Source: Bacteroidota bacterium (GTDB taxonomy: Bacteria; Bacteroidota; Bacteroidia; Chitinophagales; Chitinophagaceae). Taken from it: 45,202 nucleotides of DNA. Below, piece by piece: positions 9,045 through 18,771 of the stretch. Position numbers and translations under genes: made by a program. Numbering within the stretch: position 1 is the stretch's first letter; each line of letters opens with the position of its first letter. Under the pieces are notes generated by a model. The model did not search any database, was not told where the DNA came from, and saw only the letters and a program-made list of their open reading frames with translations. The stretch is taken from the NCBI GenBank assembly GCA_023392185.1, contig JAEVZP010000147.1:1-45202 (forward strand), given 5' to 3'.

Positions 9045-9104
9045 AGAAAGAAGTGTTTTTGGAGTTGAAGATTTTATTTAAATGGACGTTTTTCGGGAAG
9101 GGGG

Positions 9105-10757
9105 TCAGGCAGGCCTTTCATCGGTTTCGGCCAGTTCTTCCAGCAGCGTCACACCGCGCCCAGAGGTCTGCACCGGTTTTTCCGGTCTTTCGCTCAACAG
9201 GTCTTCGAAGGAAGTCGCATGCGGCTCAATGCCGGGAACCTTATAAACATCCCGAAACCCGATCAGCGACAGTTTCACGCCTTTCTTTTCCGCCATTACC
9301 GCATACTCCCGGATGATTTCCAGCACATCGAAGTCGATATACTCTGTGTGAGTTGCATCGAGAATCACAGCACTATTTTCCGGAATGGCGTAAAGCGTTT
9401 CGCGGATGGAGGCTTTGTTGAGAAAAGAAACTTCCTGGGCCAGCGAAAGCCGGATCACCTGTCCGTTGGAGTAACTGCTGCGCTGGTAGTAGTAAGGAAT
9501 GCGCAGGTTTTGGCGCAGCGTGTAAAAGATCGCCACCGCCAGGCCGATCCCCACGCCGGTCAGCAGGTCAGTCACGACCACACCTACGGTGGTCGCCAGG
9601 TATGGAATCAGCTGCGGCCAGCCGCCTTCGTGGTAGAGGTGACGGGCAATCGCCGGACGGCAGAGCCGGAAACCGGTAAAAATGAGGATGGCCGAAAGGC
9701 TGGCTTTGGGAATGTGATTGAGCACGGCCGGAAGCGCCGCTACACACAACAACAGAAGCACGCCGTGAAAAATGGTGGATCGCTTGGAGGTAGCCCCGGC
9801 GTTGATATTGGCCGAGGAGCGCACGATGACCGAGGTGATGGGCAGGCCGCCCAGCAGTCCGGAGATGATATTGCCGATGCCTTGCGCGCGCAGTTCGGCG
9901 TTTCCGGAAGTGTTGCGCTTCATTGGGTCAAGCTTATCAGTGGCCTCAATGCAAAGCAGGGTTTCGATAGAAGCCACGGCGGCGATAATCAAGCCGGTCG
10001 TCCAGACTTCCCAACGGGCAAAACCGGAAAAATCGGGACTGCTGAACTGTGCAAAGAAATCGCTGAACTGCTCCGGCACCGGCAGGCGCACCAGATGGGT
10101 GGCAGCCAATGCGAGCGACGAATCGACTGCTTTCAGGGCTTCGTTGATGCCCACCCCAATCAAGACCACAAGCAGCCCGGTAGGAACCATTTTGAATTTC
10201 CGGAGTGGCCTGGTGAGCCACAAAAGCAACAGCGTCAGGCCCAGGAGCGAAATCAGCACTGCCGCCGGCTCGATCTTCTGAATCTGACCGGCCAGATTGT
10301 CCCACTGAAAGCCGGTTTCGCCTTCGCTCATCTTGGTGGTGGAATACCCAATGGCATTGGGTATTTCCTTGATGATAATGGTGATACCGATACCGGCGAG
10401 CATGCCTTCGATAACAGCAGAAGGAAAATACAGCGCGAGGCCGCCTGCTTTGGCAAAGCCGAGCAGCAGCTGAAAAACACCCGCCAATATCACAGCACAA
10501 AGAAAAATTTCAAAAGACCCGAGCGTCGCCAGGGCGCTGACCACAATGGCGATCAGTCCGGCAGCCGGACCGCTGACGCTCAGCTGGCTGTGACTGAAGA
10601 AACCAATAACAATCCCACCGATTACACCGGCAACGATACCGGCAAAAGGCGGCGCGCCGGACGCCTGCGCAATGCCCAGACACAAGGGCAGCGCAATAAG
10701 AAATACAATAAGGCCCGCAAGGACATCCTTGCTTAAAGAAGGCTTTGAAACAGACAT
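9105..10757 (-). CDS. SulP-family anion (sulfate/bicarbonate) transporter with C-terminal STAS domain
   Basis: The ORF 9105..10883 is trimmed to the ATG at 10755-10757 (MSVSKPSLSKDVLAGLIVFLIALPLCLGIA). It has a multi-TM SulP core and a C-terminal STAS-like segment (AVILDATHTEYIDFDVLEIIREY). Confidence 0.88.
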   Translation of the reverse strand: MSVSKPSLSKDVLAGLIVFLIALPLCLGIAQASGAPPFAGIVAGVIGGIVIGFFSHSQLSVSGPAAGLIAIVVSALATLGSFEIFLCAVILAGVFQLLLGFAKAGGLALYFPSAVIEGMLAGIGITIIIKEIPNAIGYSTTKMSEGETGFQWDNLAGQIQKIEPAAVLISLLGLTLLLLWLTRPLRKFKMVPTGLLVVLIGVGINEALKAVDSSLALAATHLVRLPVPEQFSDFFAQFSSPDFSGFARWEVWTTGLIIAAVASIETLLCIEATDKLDPMKRNTSGNAELRAQGIGNIISGLLGGLPITSVIVRSSANINAGATSKRSTIFHGVLLLLCVAALPAVLNHIPKASLSAILIFTGFRLCRPAIARHLYHEGGWPQLIPYLATTVGVVVTDLLTGVGIGLAVAIFYTLRQNLRIPYYYQRSSYSNGQVIRLSLAQEVSFLNKASIRETLYAIPENSAVILDATHTEYIDFDVLEIIREYAVMAEKKGVKLSLIGFRDVYKVPGIEPHATSFEDLLSERPEKPVQTSGRGVTLLEELAETDERPA

Positions 10758-10894
10758 AAAAGGGGAAGATGGGCAAGCCTGTATTCTCTTTTTAAAAGAA
10801 AACACAGCGCTGCAATGACATAAAAAGAAACCACACGTACAAACGCGGCCCTTCCGACGCTTCCCGGAATAAGGGAAGCACACAAACAGCCGGT

Positions 10895-11209
10895 TTAGGC
10901 GGCCCGGTTTGGCGGGGGTGTTTCTATGTCATGAGCCCTGTTTCCCGGCATCCGGCAACCCGGATCGCCCCAGTGCGAAGCAGCAGTTCCATAATCGGAT
11001 ACCGCGACAGTATGGGCACGGGCATGCTTTGGGGAAAGGATAAAATGCGGAATCTCGTCTTCCAGCATCGTGGCCGGGTTGAGAACCGGTACATCATCCG
11101 GGTTCACATCGCTTCTGTCCATACAAACGGCTACAACCTTTACCCGCACTGAGTGGGGCAGGCATTGAAAGCCAAGCAGCAGGATGAGCAATAACGAAAC
11201 CAGTCGCAT
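10895..11209 (-). CDS. small hypothetical secreted protein
   Basis: The 104-aa ORF starts at an ATG and has an N-terminal signal-like segment, MRLVSLLLILLLGFQC. No family is recognised. Confidence 0.4.
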   Translation of the reverse strand: MRLVSLLLILLLGFQCLPHSVRVKVVAVCMDRSDVNPDDVPVLNPATMLEDEIPHFILSPKHARAHTVAVSDYGTAASHWGDPGCRMPGNRAHDIETPPPNRAA

Positions 11210-11323
11210 GAAGGCCTCAAAAATAAATACCTCCGGATATAAATGCCTGTTTAAAAAATCCTAAACCGCTCGTGGCTTTTTCCCGGAAACAGCTTAGGTG
11301 TGGCAGAGCCAGGGCCGAATTGA

Positions 11324-11356
11324 AAAAGGGATGCACCTTGTTGGTACATCCCTTTT
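11324..11356 (-). terminator. hairpin downstream of the T9SS-cargo gene
   Basis: The stem is AAAAGGGATG / CATCCCTTTT with a 13-nt loop. The minus-strand 3' side is T-rich. Confidence 0.5.
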
Positions 11357-11365
11357 GGAAAGATT

Positions 11366-11385
11366 TTTCCGGAAATTTCCGGAAT
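11366..11385. repeat. TTTCCGGAAATTTCCGGAAT: dimer of the TTCCGGAA motif
   Basis: Read directly from the sequence. It lies 13-14 nt beyond the stop codon of the T9SS-cargo gene. Confidence 0.95.
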
Positions 11386-11398
11386 AAAACGGTATTTC

Positions 11399-12403
11399 TT
11401 AGCGTACCGACAGCTTGGCAGTGCCGGCGAAAGTGCCTTGTGCAATGCGCACGAGGTACATACCGGTAGCCAGCGTGGTGTTAGCCACTGGCAGTACAAC
11501 CGTTTCGCCTTTGGCAGCAACGTTTTCAGTAGTGGCCACCACGCGGCCCGCGAGGTCGGTCACGGTTACGGTATAAGCGCCGTTCCCAGGAGCGGTAAAG
11601 GTGGCTTTCACATCGTTGGCAACGCCATTGCCCAGCAGGGTCAGCGGCAGGTTATTGGCAGCTGCGTTGGAAACGCCCTGTGCATTGTCCCAGGTGAGGT
11701 TAAAGTCGTCGATCTGCGTCGTAGCGCGGTTACCACCACCGGTAGTGACGGTCAGCGCTACAATGCGGATCCACATTTCCTGATTCATATTGTCCAGCGC
11801 ATTGCCAAAGTCGACATTGATCATGTTGCTGCCGATGGCCTTACCGCCGGTGGTCACAGTGCCGGTAACAGTCGGGGCGCTGGTAAAGGTCATTGGGGTG
11901 CCCGTACCATATTGGATAGCCCAGGTTGTAGTGCGGCCCGAAGCGGTATCGGCCGACTGCAGTTTAAAATCCAGTTTGAAGTTGGAGGAGCCTGCGGCAG
12001 GCATGAATTTGAAAACGAAAGCTGCGCCGGAGTCGGAACCGGGGAAGCTAGTGCTGGTAGCGCCTACCTGACGCACAGCGAGTGCCCGGTCGGTTATGGC
12101 TGCCTGCGAGGCAGAGTCGGCCGTGTAGTTGGCCAGCGTGACGCCGTTCATGGAAGCGCTGTTGCGGAAACCGCCCATGGTAGAGTTCCACTTTACCGGA
12201 GTAGCAGTGAATTTTGTGCTGCTTACATCATTACCGGCTGTTGTAGCCGAAGCGCCTGAGTAAACAGCCCATCCGGCCGGAAGTCCGTTCGCCAGCGTGT
12301 TAAAATCCTGAACATAGCTGGTTCCGGTCAGGTTGATGGCTTGTGCAGAAGCGCTAACGCCTGCAAAGGCAGCGGCAGCGAGGAGTAGTAGTGTTTTCTT
12401 CAT
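11399..12403 (-). CDS. secreted protein with T9SS (Por) C-terminal sorting domain
   Basis: The signal peptide is MKKTLLLLAAAAFAGVSASAQA. The C-terminal ~80 aa (YTVTVTDLAGRVVATTENVAAKGETVVLPVANTTLATGMYLVRIAQGTFAGTAKLSVR) have the typical T9SS type-A CTD pattern. Confidence 0.8.
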   Translation of the reverse strand: MKKTLLLLAAAAFAGVSASAQAINLTGTSYVQDFNTLANGLPAGWAVYSGASATTAGNDVSSTKFTATPVKWNSTMGGFRNSASMNGVTLANYTADSASQAAITDRALAVRQVGATSTSFPGSDSGAAFVFKFMPAAGSSNFKLDFKLQSADTASGRTTTWAIQYGTGTPMTFTSAPTVTGTVTTGGKAIGSNMINVDFGNALDNMNQEMWIRIVALTVTTGGGNRATTQIDDFNLTWDNAQGVSNAAANNLPLTLLGNGVANDVKATFTAPGNGAYTVTVTDLAGRVVATTENVAAKGETVVLPVANTTLATGMYLVRIAQGTFAGTAKLSVR

Positions 12404-12499
12404 AAAGAAAGATTTTTAAAAAGGATTTCAGAGCAAAGGTGCAGCAAATATGTCGTATTTGAACGGGCAGCGCCCGGGGTAACAATAAGTTTATTTAAA

Positions 12500-12539
12500 A
12501 AAGAAAGCACCCGTCTGCAGGCAGATGGGTGCTTTCTTT
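12500..12539 (-). terminator. intrinsic terminator downstream of the DUF5689-like lipoprotein gene
   Basis: The ~19-bp stem is AAAGAAAGCACCCGTCTGC / GCAGATGGGTGCTTTCTTT with one G-T wobble. A T-run follows on the minus strand. Confidence 0.75.
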
Positions 12540-12563
12540 GAAGACCAGTTCCGGGAGTAAGAT

Positions 12564-13919
12564 TTAGTTCACTTTAACATCATCAATCTCCCAGGTAGTC
12601 GTGCGGGCCGGATCGCCGCCTTCATAGCGCCAGGCAATCCAGACTTTCTTACCCTGAAAAGCACCCAGGCTGATATTGCCGCTGCTGGTAAACGGGCTGA
12701 AACTGGGAGGCGGCGATAAGGGCGCACGGGTAAAGGAAAGTTCATTCCAGGTGGCAGTTGTAACATTTCCGCTAAAATTGTCGGAGATGTACAGTTTCAG
12801 TGTAGCGCCGTTGTCATAACCGTTGGTATTGCGGAAACTAAGGTTTACGGCCTGGCCTGCCGGCAGTTCAATACCCGGTGTCACCAGCCAGGACTCGGCG
12901 GGATTGGCGCCGGTATTGAATGCCGAAACCACTGCGTATGGATTGCCGGTACTGCCGGAGCTGGAATGGCGCCACTTGATGTTGCCGGAAACCGCCGTAT
13001 TCGTCCACCCCGCAAGGGCAATATCGCCGCTGGAGGCCGAGCTAAAATCTTCTTTGAAAAGCGGACCGCAACGGGGACCGCCAAACTTTACATCCGCTGT
13101 ATCGCGAATCAGCAGTTGTGGCGTTTTCTGAGAGCCAGAAGTATTTATAAACACGGTATAAATACCGGTAATATCACCTTTGCCGCGTGGCAACTGGTAG
13201 GTATGAAAATCAGCATAATTACTAGTCCGAACGACCATAGAAGCACTTTCACCGGCACAGGTCTGGATGTTGCGGTTGGTGGTGGCTGTCGGTTCGGTAT
13301 AGGTTTTTCCGGTATCTACAAATTGCACCCCTTTAATGGTAATGAGTCGGTTGAGTAGCTGCTCATCAGGACCTAAAGTGAAATTGCGTACATCGTCGAA
13401 GTTTACCACTGTGTCCTTCGCCACATGGCCGATACTGGCCTTCACGATGTGTTGGGCAATTTTGCTGCCGCTGAGGCCCACAGAGGCTTTGCGGTCGTCC
13501 ACACTGGCACCCAGCACCGGCGTGCCGCCGTTATAGCTGAGCATCATACCCTGGAGTTTGATGTAGATTTTGCGGCCTACCGGGTATTGCGCATAGAGCC
13601 GGTAATCGTCGATATTGATTGCAATACCGCCGGTGCTGTCCTGCACGATGATCTGCTTGTAGAAATTGCCGGATTTGTCGTTGGCAATCACCACGGCTTC
13701 TGCCGTCAGGTCTTTCGTGATGCGCATCGTATCGTCACCGCTGCCATTAAACGAATACGCATTGTTCATCTCTTTGAGTTCACGAATGGTAGTATTGACC
13801 GGCAGATTGGGGTCATAGCCACTGGTGTCAGGCGGCAGGTCATTGGCCTGTTTCACGCACGAAGCGAAGCTCAGACCGGCGCCAAGCAGCAACAGGAGGC
13901 TGGAACGGAAAAGATTCAT
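12564..13919 (-). CDS. surface lipoprotein, DUF5689-like OB-fold-type N-domain plus choice-of-anchor-J-like C-domain
   Basis: The lipobox is MNLFRSSLLLLLGAGLSFASC. The N-domain segment AVVIANDKSGNFYKQIIVQDSTGGIAINID...VGRKIYIKLQGMMLSYNGGTPVLG resembles OB-fold modules of extracellular nucleases and DUF5689. The domain assignment comes from memory, not from a search. Confidence 0.6.
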   Translation of the reverse strand: MNLFRSSLLLLLGAGLSFASCVKQANDLPPDTSGYDPNLPVNTTIRELKEMNNAYSFNGSGDDTMRITKDLTAEAVVIANDKSGNFYKQIIVQDSTGGIAINIDDYRLYAQYPVGRKIYIKLQGMMLSYNGGTPVLGASVDDRKASVGLSGSKIAQHIVKASIGHVAKDTVVNFDDVRNFTLGPDEQLLNRLITIKGVQFVDTGKTYTEPTATTNRNIQTCAGESASMVVRTSNYADFHTYQLPRGKGDITGIYTVFINTSGSQKTPQLLIRDTADVKFGGPRCGPLFKEDFSSASSGDIALAGWTNTAVSGNIKWRHSSSGSTGNPYAVVSAFNTGANPAESWLVTPGIELPAGQAVNLSFRNTNGYDNGATLKLYISDNFSGNVTTATWNELSFTRAPLSPPPSFSPFTSSGNISLGAFQGKKVWIAWRYEGGDPARTTTWEIDDVKVN

Positions 13920-13998
13920 TGTTTGAAAAAGAAAAAAGGTGTTGAAAGCAGGCGACAGGGCGGCTGCGATTGAATTTTGTAAGAAAATTTCCGGAAAC

Positions 13999-16773
13999 TT
14001 AGAATTTCAGGCTGAGGTTCACGAAGAAGTTGCGGCCATAAGCAAAGAAGTACTTCGACTGAAAGCGGTTGATCTCTCCGTTTTTATCTACCCGCAGGTT
14101 TTCAAAGCCACTGGTCCGGATGTCTTTGTTATCCAGCAGGTTGGAAACGCCGGCGTTCAGATACAGGAACGTGTTGCGCGGCAGCTTCTTAAAGGTCCGG
14201 CTCAGGAGAAAGGATTTCCCGAAAAACAAGTCCAGCGTAAAAGCAGAAGGCAGTTTTTCCTGGGCCAGGATCCGGTTAAACTCGTCGCCGCCACGGGTAT
14301 AGCCTTCCACATTGCGCTCGGTGCGGCGGGTCGGGGCCACGTCCACATAGCTGCGGTCATAGTAATTGGCGTTCAGGTTGGCATACCAGTATTTCGGTGA
14401 GCGGTAGTTGAGGCCAGCGGTATAAGCGCTTTGCGGACCCACAGCGAGGTAGTAGTTTTTGATATATACCTGCTCCGAACCACTGTAGCCGCCAAGGCCG
14501 CTGCTGTCAATATAGTTGTCGAGGTAGATATCTACCTGCGGGTTGTCGGTGTAGAACGCCTGACCCAGCGCTGCCACGCCGGTGACCGACACAGCAGGGG
14601 AAATCTTGTATTCGGCAGCTAGTTCCAGACCAATGTTGCGGGTATTGACGCCGCTCATCACATACTGCACAAAAGAGTTGGCCCCACCGGTCTCCAGGAA
14701 AAAGCGCTTCAGCACGGTTTCGTCCCTGGTGTCGGTTGCATAGCCCACCGCCCGGATATTGAGCGAAGGGGCCCGGTGCAGAAAGCCGCCTTCAAACGTG
14801 TAAGACTGTTGCTCGGTGGCATTCGGAAGTACATAGTTGCGGATGCGCGGCGAGATAAAGGTGTTGTCCAGCGTAGGGGCATCCTGCTGAATGGCGAGGT
14901 TAGCAAACAGGTAATTACGACCGTTTAGCTTATAAGTCGCACCTGCTTTGGCGCCGAAGATGGTATAGTGCTGACGCTCACTCTTGCCATAGGATTCGTT
15001 GCCGGCAGCATACAGGCCGTTGCGGTAGAAGCCTTCGCGGTCAAACGAGTTGAGGCCGAAGTTGGCTGCCAGAAACAGGTCTACTTTATTGAAAGTAAAC
15101 TGCGATTGACCCCAGATCCAGCCTTTGTTGAAATTGTTGGCATAGTTATAGGAATACCGGTCGCCGACGCGCACAATGTCATTTGGATTATTGACATCAT
15201 TGGCTGTGATGTTGATACCAACGTTGTTGTTGAAATCGGCAAACTGGTTCAGGTTCCGGAAATAATCGCCGCCCAGCAGGGCCTTCAGTTCGCGATAGCT
15301 TTCAGTGCGCTGCTTAATCAGAGACACGCCGCCGGTCACCCGTACATAGTCGCTCACCACGTGTTGCAGGGTAGCGCTCAGGACGTATTTATTGATATCG
15401 TCTACGTCGTCACCGGTTACGTACAGCGAGCGCCGCTGAAGCTGACCATTTACATTTTGAATATTGGCATAATTTACCTGGATCAGGTCATCCCACCGGA
15501 TTTGCTGAACGGTATTGAAAGGTGCGTCTGCCGGGTTTTTGTCGTCCATCTGGTAGATAGATGGCATGTTGCGGTAATAGTCCGGGCGTGGGTCGGGCGC
15601 GTTGTACCAGTCAAGCACCGAGTTCCGGTTCTTGCCGGTTTGGTAGCTAAAGGTGGTCACCAGGTTGGTCCTGGTAGTCGGCTTCCAGTCGTGGGTCAAT
15701 TGGTACACAGGCTGATAGGCATTGGCTACCCGCGCATTGCGCTTTTCGTCCTGCTGATAGCCCCAGTTGGGGTTGTAGAACGGATCGCCCGTCAACTGCA
15801 CCGACTCCAGATAAACCGGCGCGGATTTGCCCCGCTTGGTAGGCGCGCCAAAGGTGGTAAAGCTCAGCGTGTGCTGTTCGTTGAATTTCTTGCTGACACC
15901 CAGGTAGTAGCTGTAGCCGTCGTAAAAAGTACCGGGAATATAGCCTTCATCGGCCCAGCGGCGGGAACCGGAAACCGAGAGCGCCCAGCCGTTTTTGAGC
16001 AGACCGGTGCTGTGGGTCAGCATCAGCCGGTTGCGGTACTGGCGGTTGGAGGCCGAATAGGTCAGGCGCGTTTGCCGACGCTGATTGGCCGCCGTAGCAT
16101 CAAAGTAAGCCGTACCGTTCAGGCCGCCGTAGGCATATTCGCTCGGTTGCAGACCATAAGTGTTGCTGCGACCGCGGAACACATCGTTGAGGCCGCCCCA
16201 CTGGCTCCAGTACGCGTCGTTGGTTTCCACGTCGTTCATCGGTGCGCCGTTGATAAGCACCTGCTGGCTGTTGCGGTCATAGCCGCGCGGCTGAAAACGC
16301 ATCGGTCCAAAAACAAAGGCGGCTGCGTTCAGAAACGGGTCCCGGCTCGCCGACAGCAAGCCGCTCACGGAAGCCGTCTTGGCACCTTCATCGTCTCCGT
16401 CCATTTCTTCCAGCGCAATGGTCGGTATCTGAATCGACTGCATGCTGGTGGCCTGCTCGTTGGGCAACACCTGAATGTCGTTGAGCGTCACTATATCCGA
16501 ACCCACCTGAATGCGGATGGTATCAGGACGGGCATTCGCGCCGCCGATAACCAGGGTCTGATCGCCGAAAGGCACGCGGGAAAGGGTAAAATTACCGTCG
16601 GCGTCTGTATTGGTCAGTTGCCGCAGGAAAGGCAGCGACACCTGTACATCGGTTGCCGGAGCATTGGTTAATGCGCTCACCAACCGGCCCTTTACCAACC
16701 CGGTCTGGGCCTGCGCAACCACCACCGTCAGGGGCGCCAGAGCCAGCGCCGTCAGGGGTACATATTTTCGCAT
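13999..16773 (-). CDS. TonB-dependent outer-membrane receptor with N-terminal carboxypeptidase-regulatory-like domain
   Basis: The 924-aa protein has a signal peptide. A CarboxypepD_reg-like segment is present (VKGRLVSALTNAPATDVQVSLPFLRQLTNTDADGNFTLSRVPFGDQTL). A plug and beta-barrel follow, and the protein ends in the typical aromatic terminus ...FFVNLSLKF. Confidence 0.88.
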   Translation of the reverse strand: MRKYVPLTALALAPLTVVVAQAQTGLVKGRLVSALTNAPATDVQVSLPFLRQLTNTDADGNFTLSRVPFGDQTLVIGGANARPDTIRIQVGSDIVTLNDIQVLPNEQATSMQSIQIPTIALEEMDGDDEGAKTASVSGLLSASRDPFLNAAAFVFGPMRFQPRGYDRNSQQVLINGAPMNDVETNDAYWSQWGGLNDVFRGRSNTYGLQPSEYAYGGLNGTAYFDATAANQRRQTRLTYSASNRQYRNRLMLTHSTGLLKNGWALSVSGSRRWADEGYIPGTFYDGYSYYLGVSKKFNEQHTLSFTTFGAPTKRGKSAPVYLESVQLTGDPFYNPNWGYQQDEKRNARVANAYQPVYQLTHDWKPTTRTNLVTTFSYQTGKNRNSVLDWYNAPDPRPDYYRNMPSIYQMDDKNPADAPFNTVQQIRWDDLIQVNYANIQNVNGQLQRRSLYVTGDDVDDINKYVLSATLQHVVSDYVRVTGGVSLIKQRTESYRELKALLGGDYFRNLNQFADFNNNVGINITANDVNNPNDIVRVGDRYSYNYANNFNKGWIWGQSQFTFNKVDLFLAANFGLNSFDREGFYRNGLYAAGNESYGKSERQHYTIFGAKAGATYKLNGRNYLFANLAIQQDAPTLDNTFISPRIRNYVLPNATEQQSYTFEGGFLHRAPSLNIRAVGYATDTRDETVLKRFFLETGGANSFVQYVMSGVNTRNIGLELAAEYKISPAVSVTGVAALGQAFYTDNPQVDIYLDNYIDSSGLGGYSGSEQVYIKNYYLAVGPQSAYTAGLNYRSPKYWYANLNANYYDRSYVDVAPTRRTERNVEGYTRGGDEFNRILAQEKLPSAFTLDLFFGKSFLLSRTFKKLPRNTFLYLNAGVSNLLDNKDIRTSGFENLRVDKNGEINRFQSKYFFAYGRNFFVNLSLKF

Positions 16774-16862
16774 AAAAGCGTTTTAGAAAAAGAAATCCTT
16801 CTGTAGGAAAAAGTGTGCAAAATTAAGGATTCAGAAAACAGATGGGTGGCTTTTTCAATAAT

Positions 16863-16907
16863 AAAAAAAAGGACTTCCGGGACGGAACTGCTGCACCCCG
16901 GAAGTCC
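16863..16907 (-). terminator. intrinsic terminator downstream of the 365-aa lipoprotein gene
   Basis: The stem is GGACTTCCGGG (16871-16881) / CCCGGAAGTCC (16897-16907). On the minus strand it is followed by a run of eight T (8 T). Confidence 0.75.
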
Positions 16908-16945
16908 GCCCCAAAAGGGCTGTCGCTCATCGGCTGTTTCCCCAA

Positions 16946-18043
16946 TTATTTGCTGTTGAGTTGCTGAATCAGTGCCTGAAGCTGGCCCTCGCTGACCTCG
17001 GCGAGGTTAAAATCATAGCCTACATAGGTTTTGCCGGCAGCCGGCGACGGGATGGTCACGTCGCGCATTTCGGCATACAGCTTGTTGCCGAGCGAACTGA
17101 TGACCAGGAAAGTACCTTCCTGTCCCACCGGCATCGAGTTTTGATAGCTGAGAAAGCCTTCTCTGCCGGCCGCCGGATTCAGAATCGTGGTATACAGCTT
17201 TACCAGCAGATTGGTATTTTTGGCTTTGAAGAATACCATAGAAGGATCCTGAGCCGTTACATTTCCGGAAAGCGGGTTGTATTTATCGCCTAAGAAGCAC
17301 AAGACGGTTGTGCGAGGCGTGGTTTCGTTGTAAAGCGCATCTACATTACGCCAGGCGCCCAGCGAATCGAGGTTAAAATAATTGGCGCTGTCGTTGGCAA
17401 TGGCAAAACCGGGCATCTCGCGCCACTCCATTCCTTTTTTAAAGGTGTATTGCGCCGAAACGGTCGTAGGGGCGTTCTCATGGTTATATCCCTGTGCAGT
17501 AATCGTCACCGAGGTGTCGCCGCTCCAGAGTGGAATGTCTTTTTGTGTTCCGCTGCTTCCGGTACCAATCGGCATGGCCACGTTCAGGGAGCGTGTCATG
17601 GCTGCATTGGGAGGCAATTGCAGTTCCTGTCCATCCTGCTCGGCTTTCACTATAATTTGCCCATAACACTCGAGCATTCTGCCGGAAGTAGCAACCGAAG
17701 GTTTATCGGCCAGCAGCATCTGATCGGGGCGCAGGATGTCGCGCACCCAGACGTTAACGGTCCCGCTCACCGGGTTTCCGTTCAGCCGGAGCGCGTTCGG
17801 CGCAATGGTAATACGGGTGCCGTTGGAAGTAGTCAGCGTGCCACCGGCAGCCGCGTCGATACTGAAGCGTTCGTTCTGTGGGCGGTGTTTGTCGAAAAAG
17901 GCCTTCATAGTGGCAGCGCCCTGTCGCATGGCGACGCTATCGGCCGAGAAAGCCGGGTCTATAATGACATTTTCTTTATAGCAGGAACTGAGCATGGCAG
18001 CGCCCAGGAAAGCCGTAGCGAGTAGGAAAGAAAGCCTTTTCAT
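16946..18043 (-). CDS. hypothetical lipoprotein
   Basis: The lipobox is MKRLSFLLATAFLGAAMLSSC. The protein is 365 aa and has its own intrinsic terminator downstream. No family is recognised. Confidence 0.6.
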   Translation of the reverse strand: MKRLSFLLATAFLGAAMLSSCYKENVIIDPAFSADSVAMRQGAATMKAFFDKHRPQNERFSIDAAAGGTLTTSNGTRITIAPNALRLNGNPVSGTVNVWVRDILRPDQMLLADKPSVATSGRMLECYGQIIVKAEQDGQELQLPPNAAMTRSLNVAMPIGTGSSGTQKDIPLWSGDTSVTITAQGYNHENAPTTVSAQYTFKKGMEWREMPGFAIANDSANYFNLDSLGAWRNVDALYNETTPRTTVLCFLGDKYNPLSGNVTAQDPSMVFFKAKNTNLLVKLYTTILNPAAGREGFLSYQNSMPVGQEGTFLVISSLGNKLYAEMRDVTIPSPAAGKTYVGYDFNLAEVSEGQLQALIQQLNSK

Positions 18044-18354
18044 AGCGACAAATTTTAAAGATTTTTAAAAAGGGCTGCACAGAAAGAACGCCCCCGACAG
18101 CTAACCCCCCTATCAGCATCTCGTCTCGAAGGCAGGCGGTCTTCTTCCCGGCAATGCTTTAAAAAGGCCGTATCAGTCCCCGGGATTTCCGGAAATTTCA
18201 CCAAATAAAAGCGGTCAGGGCCCCTCTTTGTGTCCGGCGGGCATATCCAACTAGAAACCATTCCAGTCCCGCCAAAACCGTTTTTCACAAAAACCGCTGA
18301 ACATTTTTCCTCAAATTTGCTTTCCTTCCTTCTCAATCTTTAGCATTTAAAACC

Positions 18355-18567
18355 ATGAACACTTTTCGTTTTAAAACCAATATCAACTGCGGCGGCTGTA
18401 TCAAAGCGGTAACGCCTTTTCTGAACGAAGCCGAAGGCATTCAAAACTGGGAGGTCGATACCGTGAACCCGGACAAGATCCTGACGGTGCGGGCCGACGG
18501 CCCTGATGCCGAAACCATTCAAAGCATTATAGCAGATGCCGGATTTGAAGCAGAGGTCCTGGCTTAG
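18355..18567 (+). CDS. heavy-metal-associated (HMA) domain protein, CopZ-like
   Basis: The 70-aa protein has a ferredoxin-like HMA pattern. Its metal-binding loop is NINCGGCIKAV (CxxC). Confidence 0.75.
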   Translation: MNTFRFKTNINCGGCIKAVTPFLNEAEGIQNWEVDTVNPDKILTVRADGPDAETIQSIIADAGFEAEVLA

Positions 18568-18679
18568 CCCGCTGCGCGCGGTGCTGCGCGCGTTCCGCCG
18601 CTTTTTCACCAAAAGCTGCTGCCGGTAACGAACGTTATCAGTTAACGAATCCTGTTGCCCATGCGGCGCCTCTCAAGAA

Positions 18680-18718
18680 AAATCGCCCCTAAACCGAATT
18701 ACGGTTTAGGGGCGATTT
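18680..18718. terminator. 17-bp-stem hairpin between the convergent HMA gene and the 78-aa ORF (possible bidirectional terminator)
   Basis: The stem is AAATCGCCCCTAAACCG / CGGTTTAGGGGCGATTT with loop AATTA. Both sides are A/T-flanked. Confidence 0.65.
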
Positions 18719-18771
18719 ACAATTGTATTCCGGGTCTGGCCAGGGTTGTTCAGGACTTTCACGCGCATATT

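Noticed and set aside
8352-10757. The SulP transporter plus beta-carbonic anhydrase gene pair as a candidate novel system.
   Set aside because: This is a well-known, widespread pairing: a bicarbonate or anion transporter with a cognate carbonic anhydrase. Nothing unusual appears in the sequences beyond TTCCGGAA copies downstream.
18044-18354. Possible cobalamin riboswitch in the 311-nt minus-strand leader of the lipoprotein/TonB-receptor locus. The words GGTGAAATTTCC...ACTGATACGG...GGGAAGAAGACCGCCTGCC loosely resemble the B12 element.
   Set aside because: The GGTGAAATTTCCGG part is just a copy of the ubiquitous TTCCGGAA motif. The B12-box-like word reads GACCGCCTGCC and does not fit the conserved ACC[G/T]GCC spacing. 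The GGGAA-to-GGTG distance is wrong and GCCACTG is absent. A terminator also separates the first gene from the receptor. Only a cmsearch with RF00174 could revive this idea.
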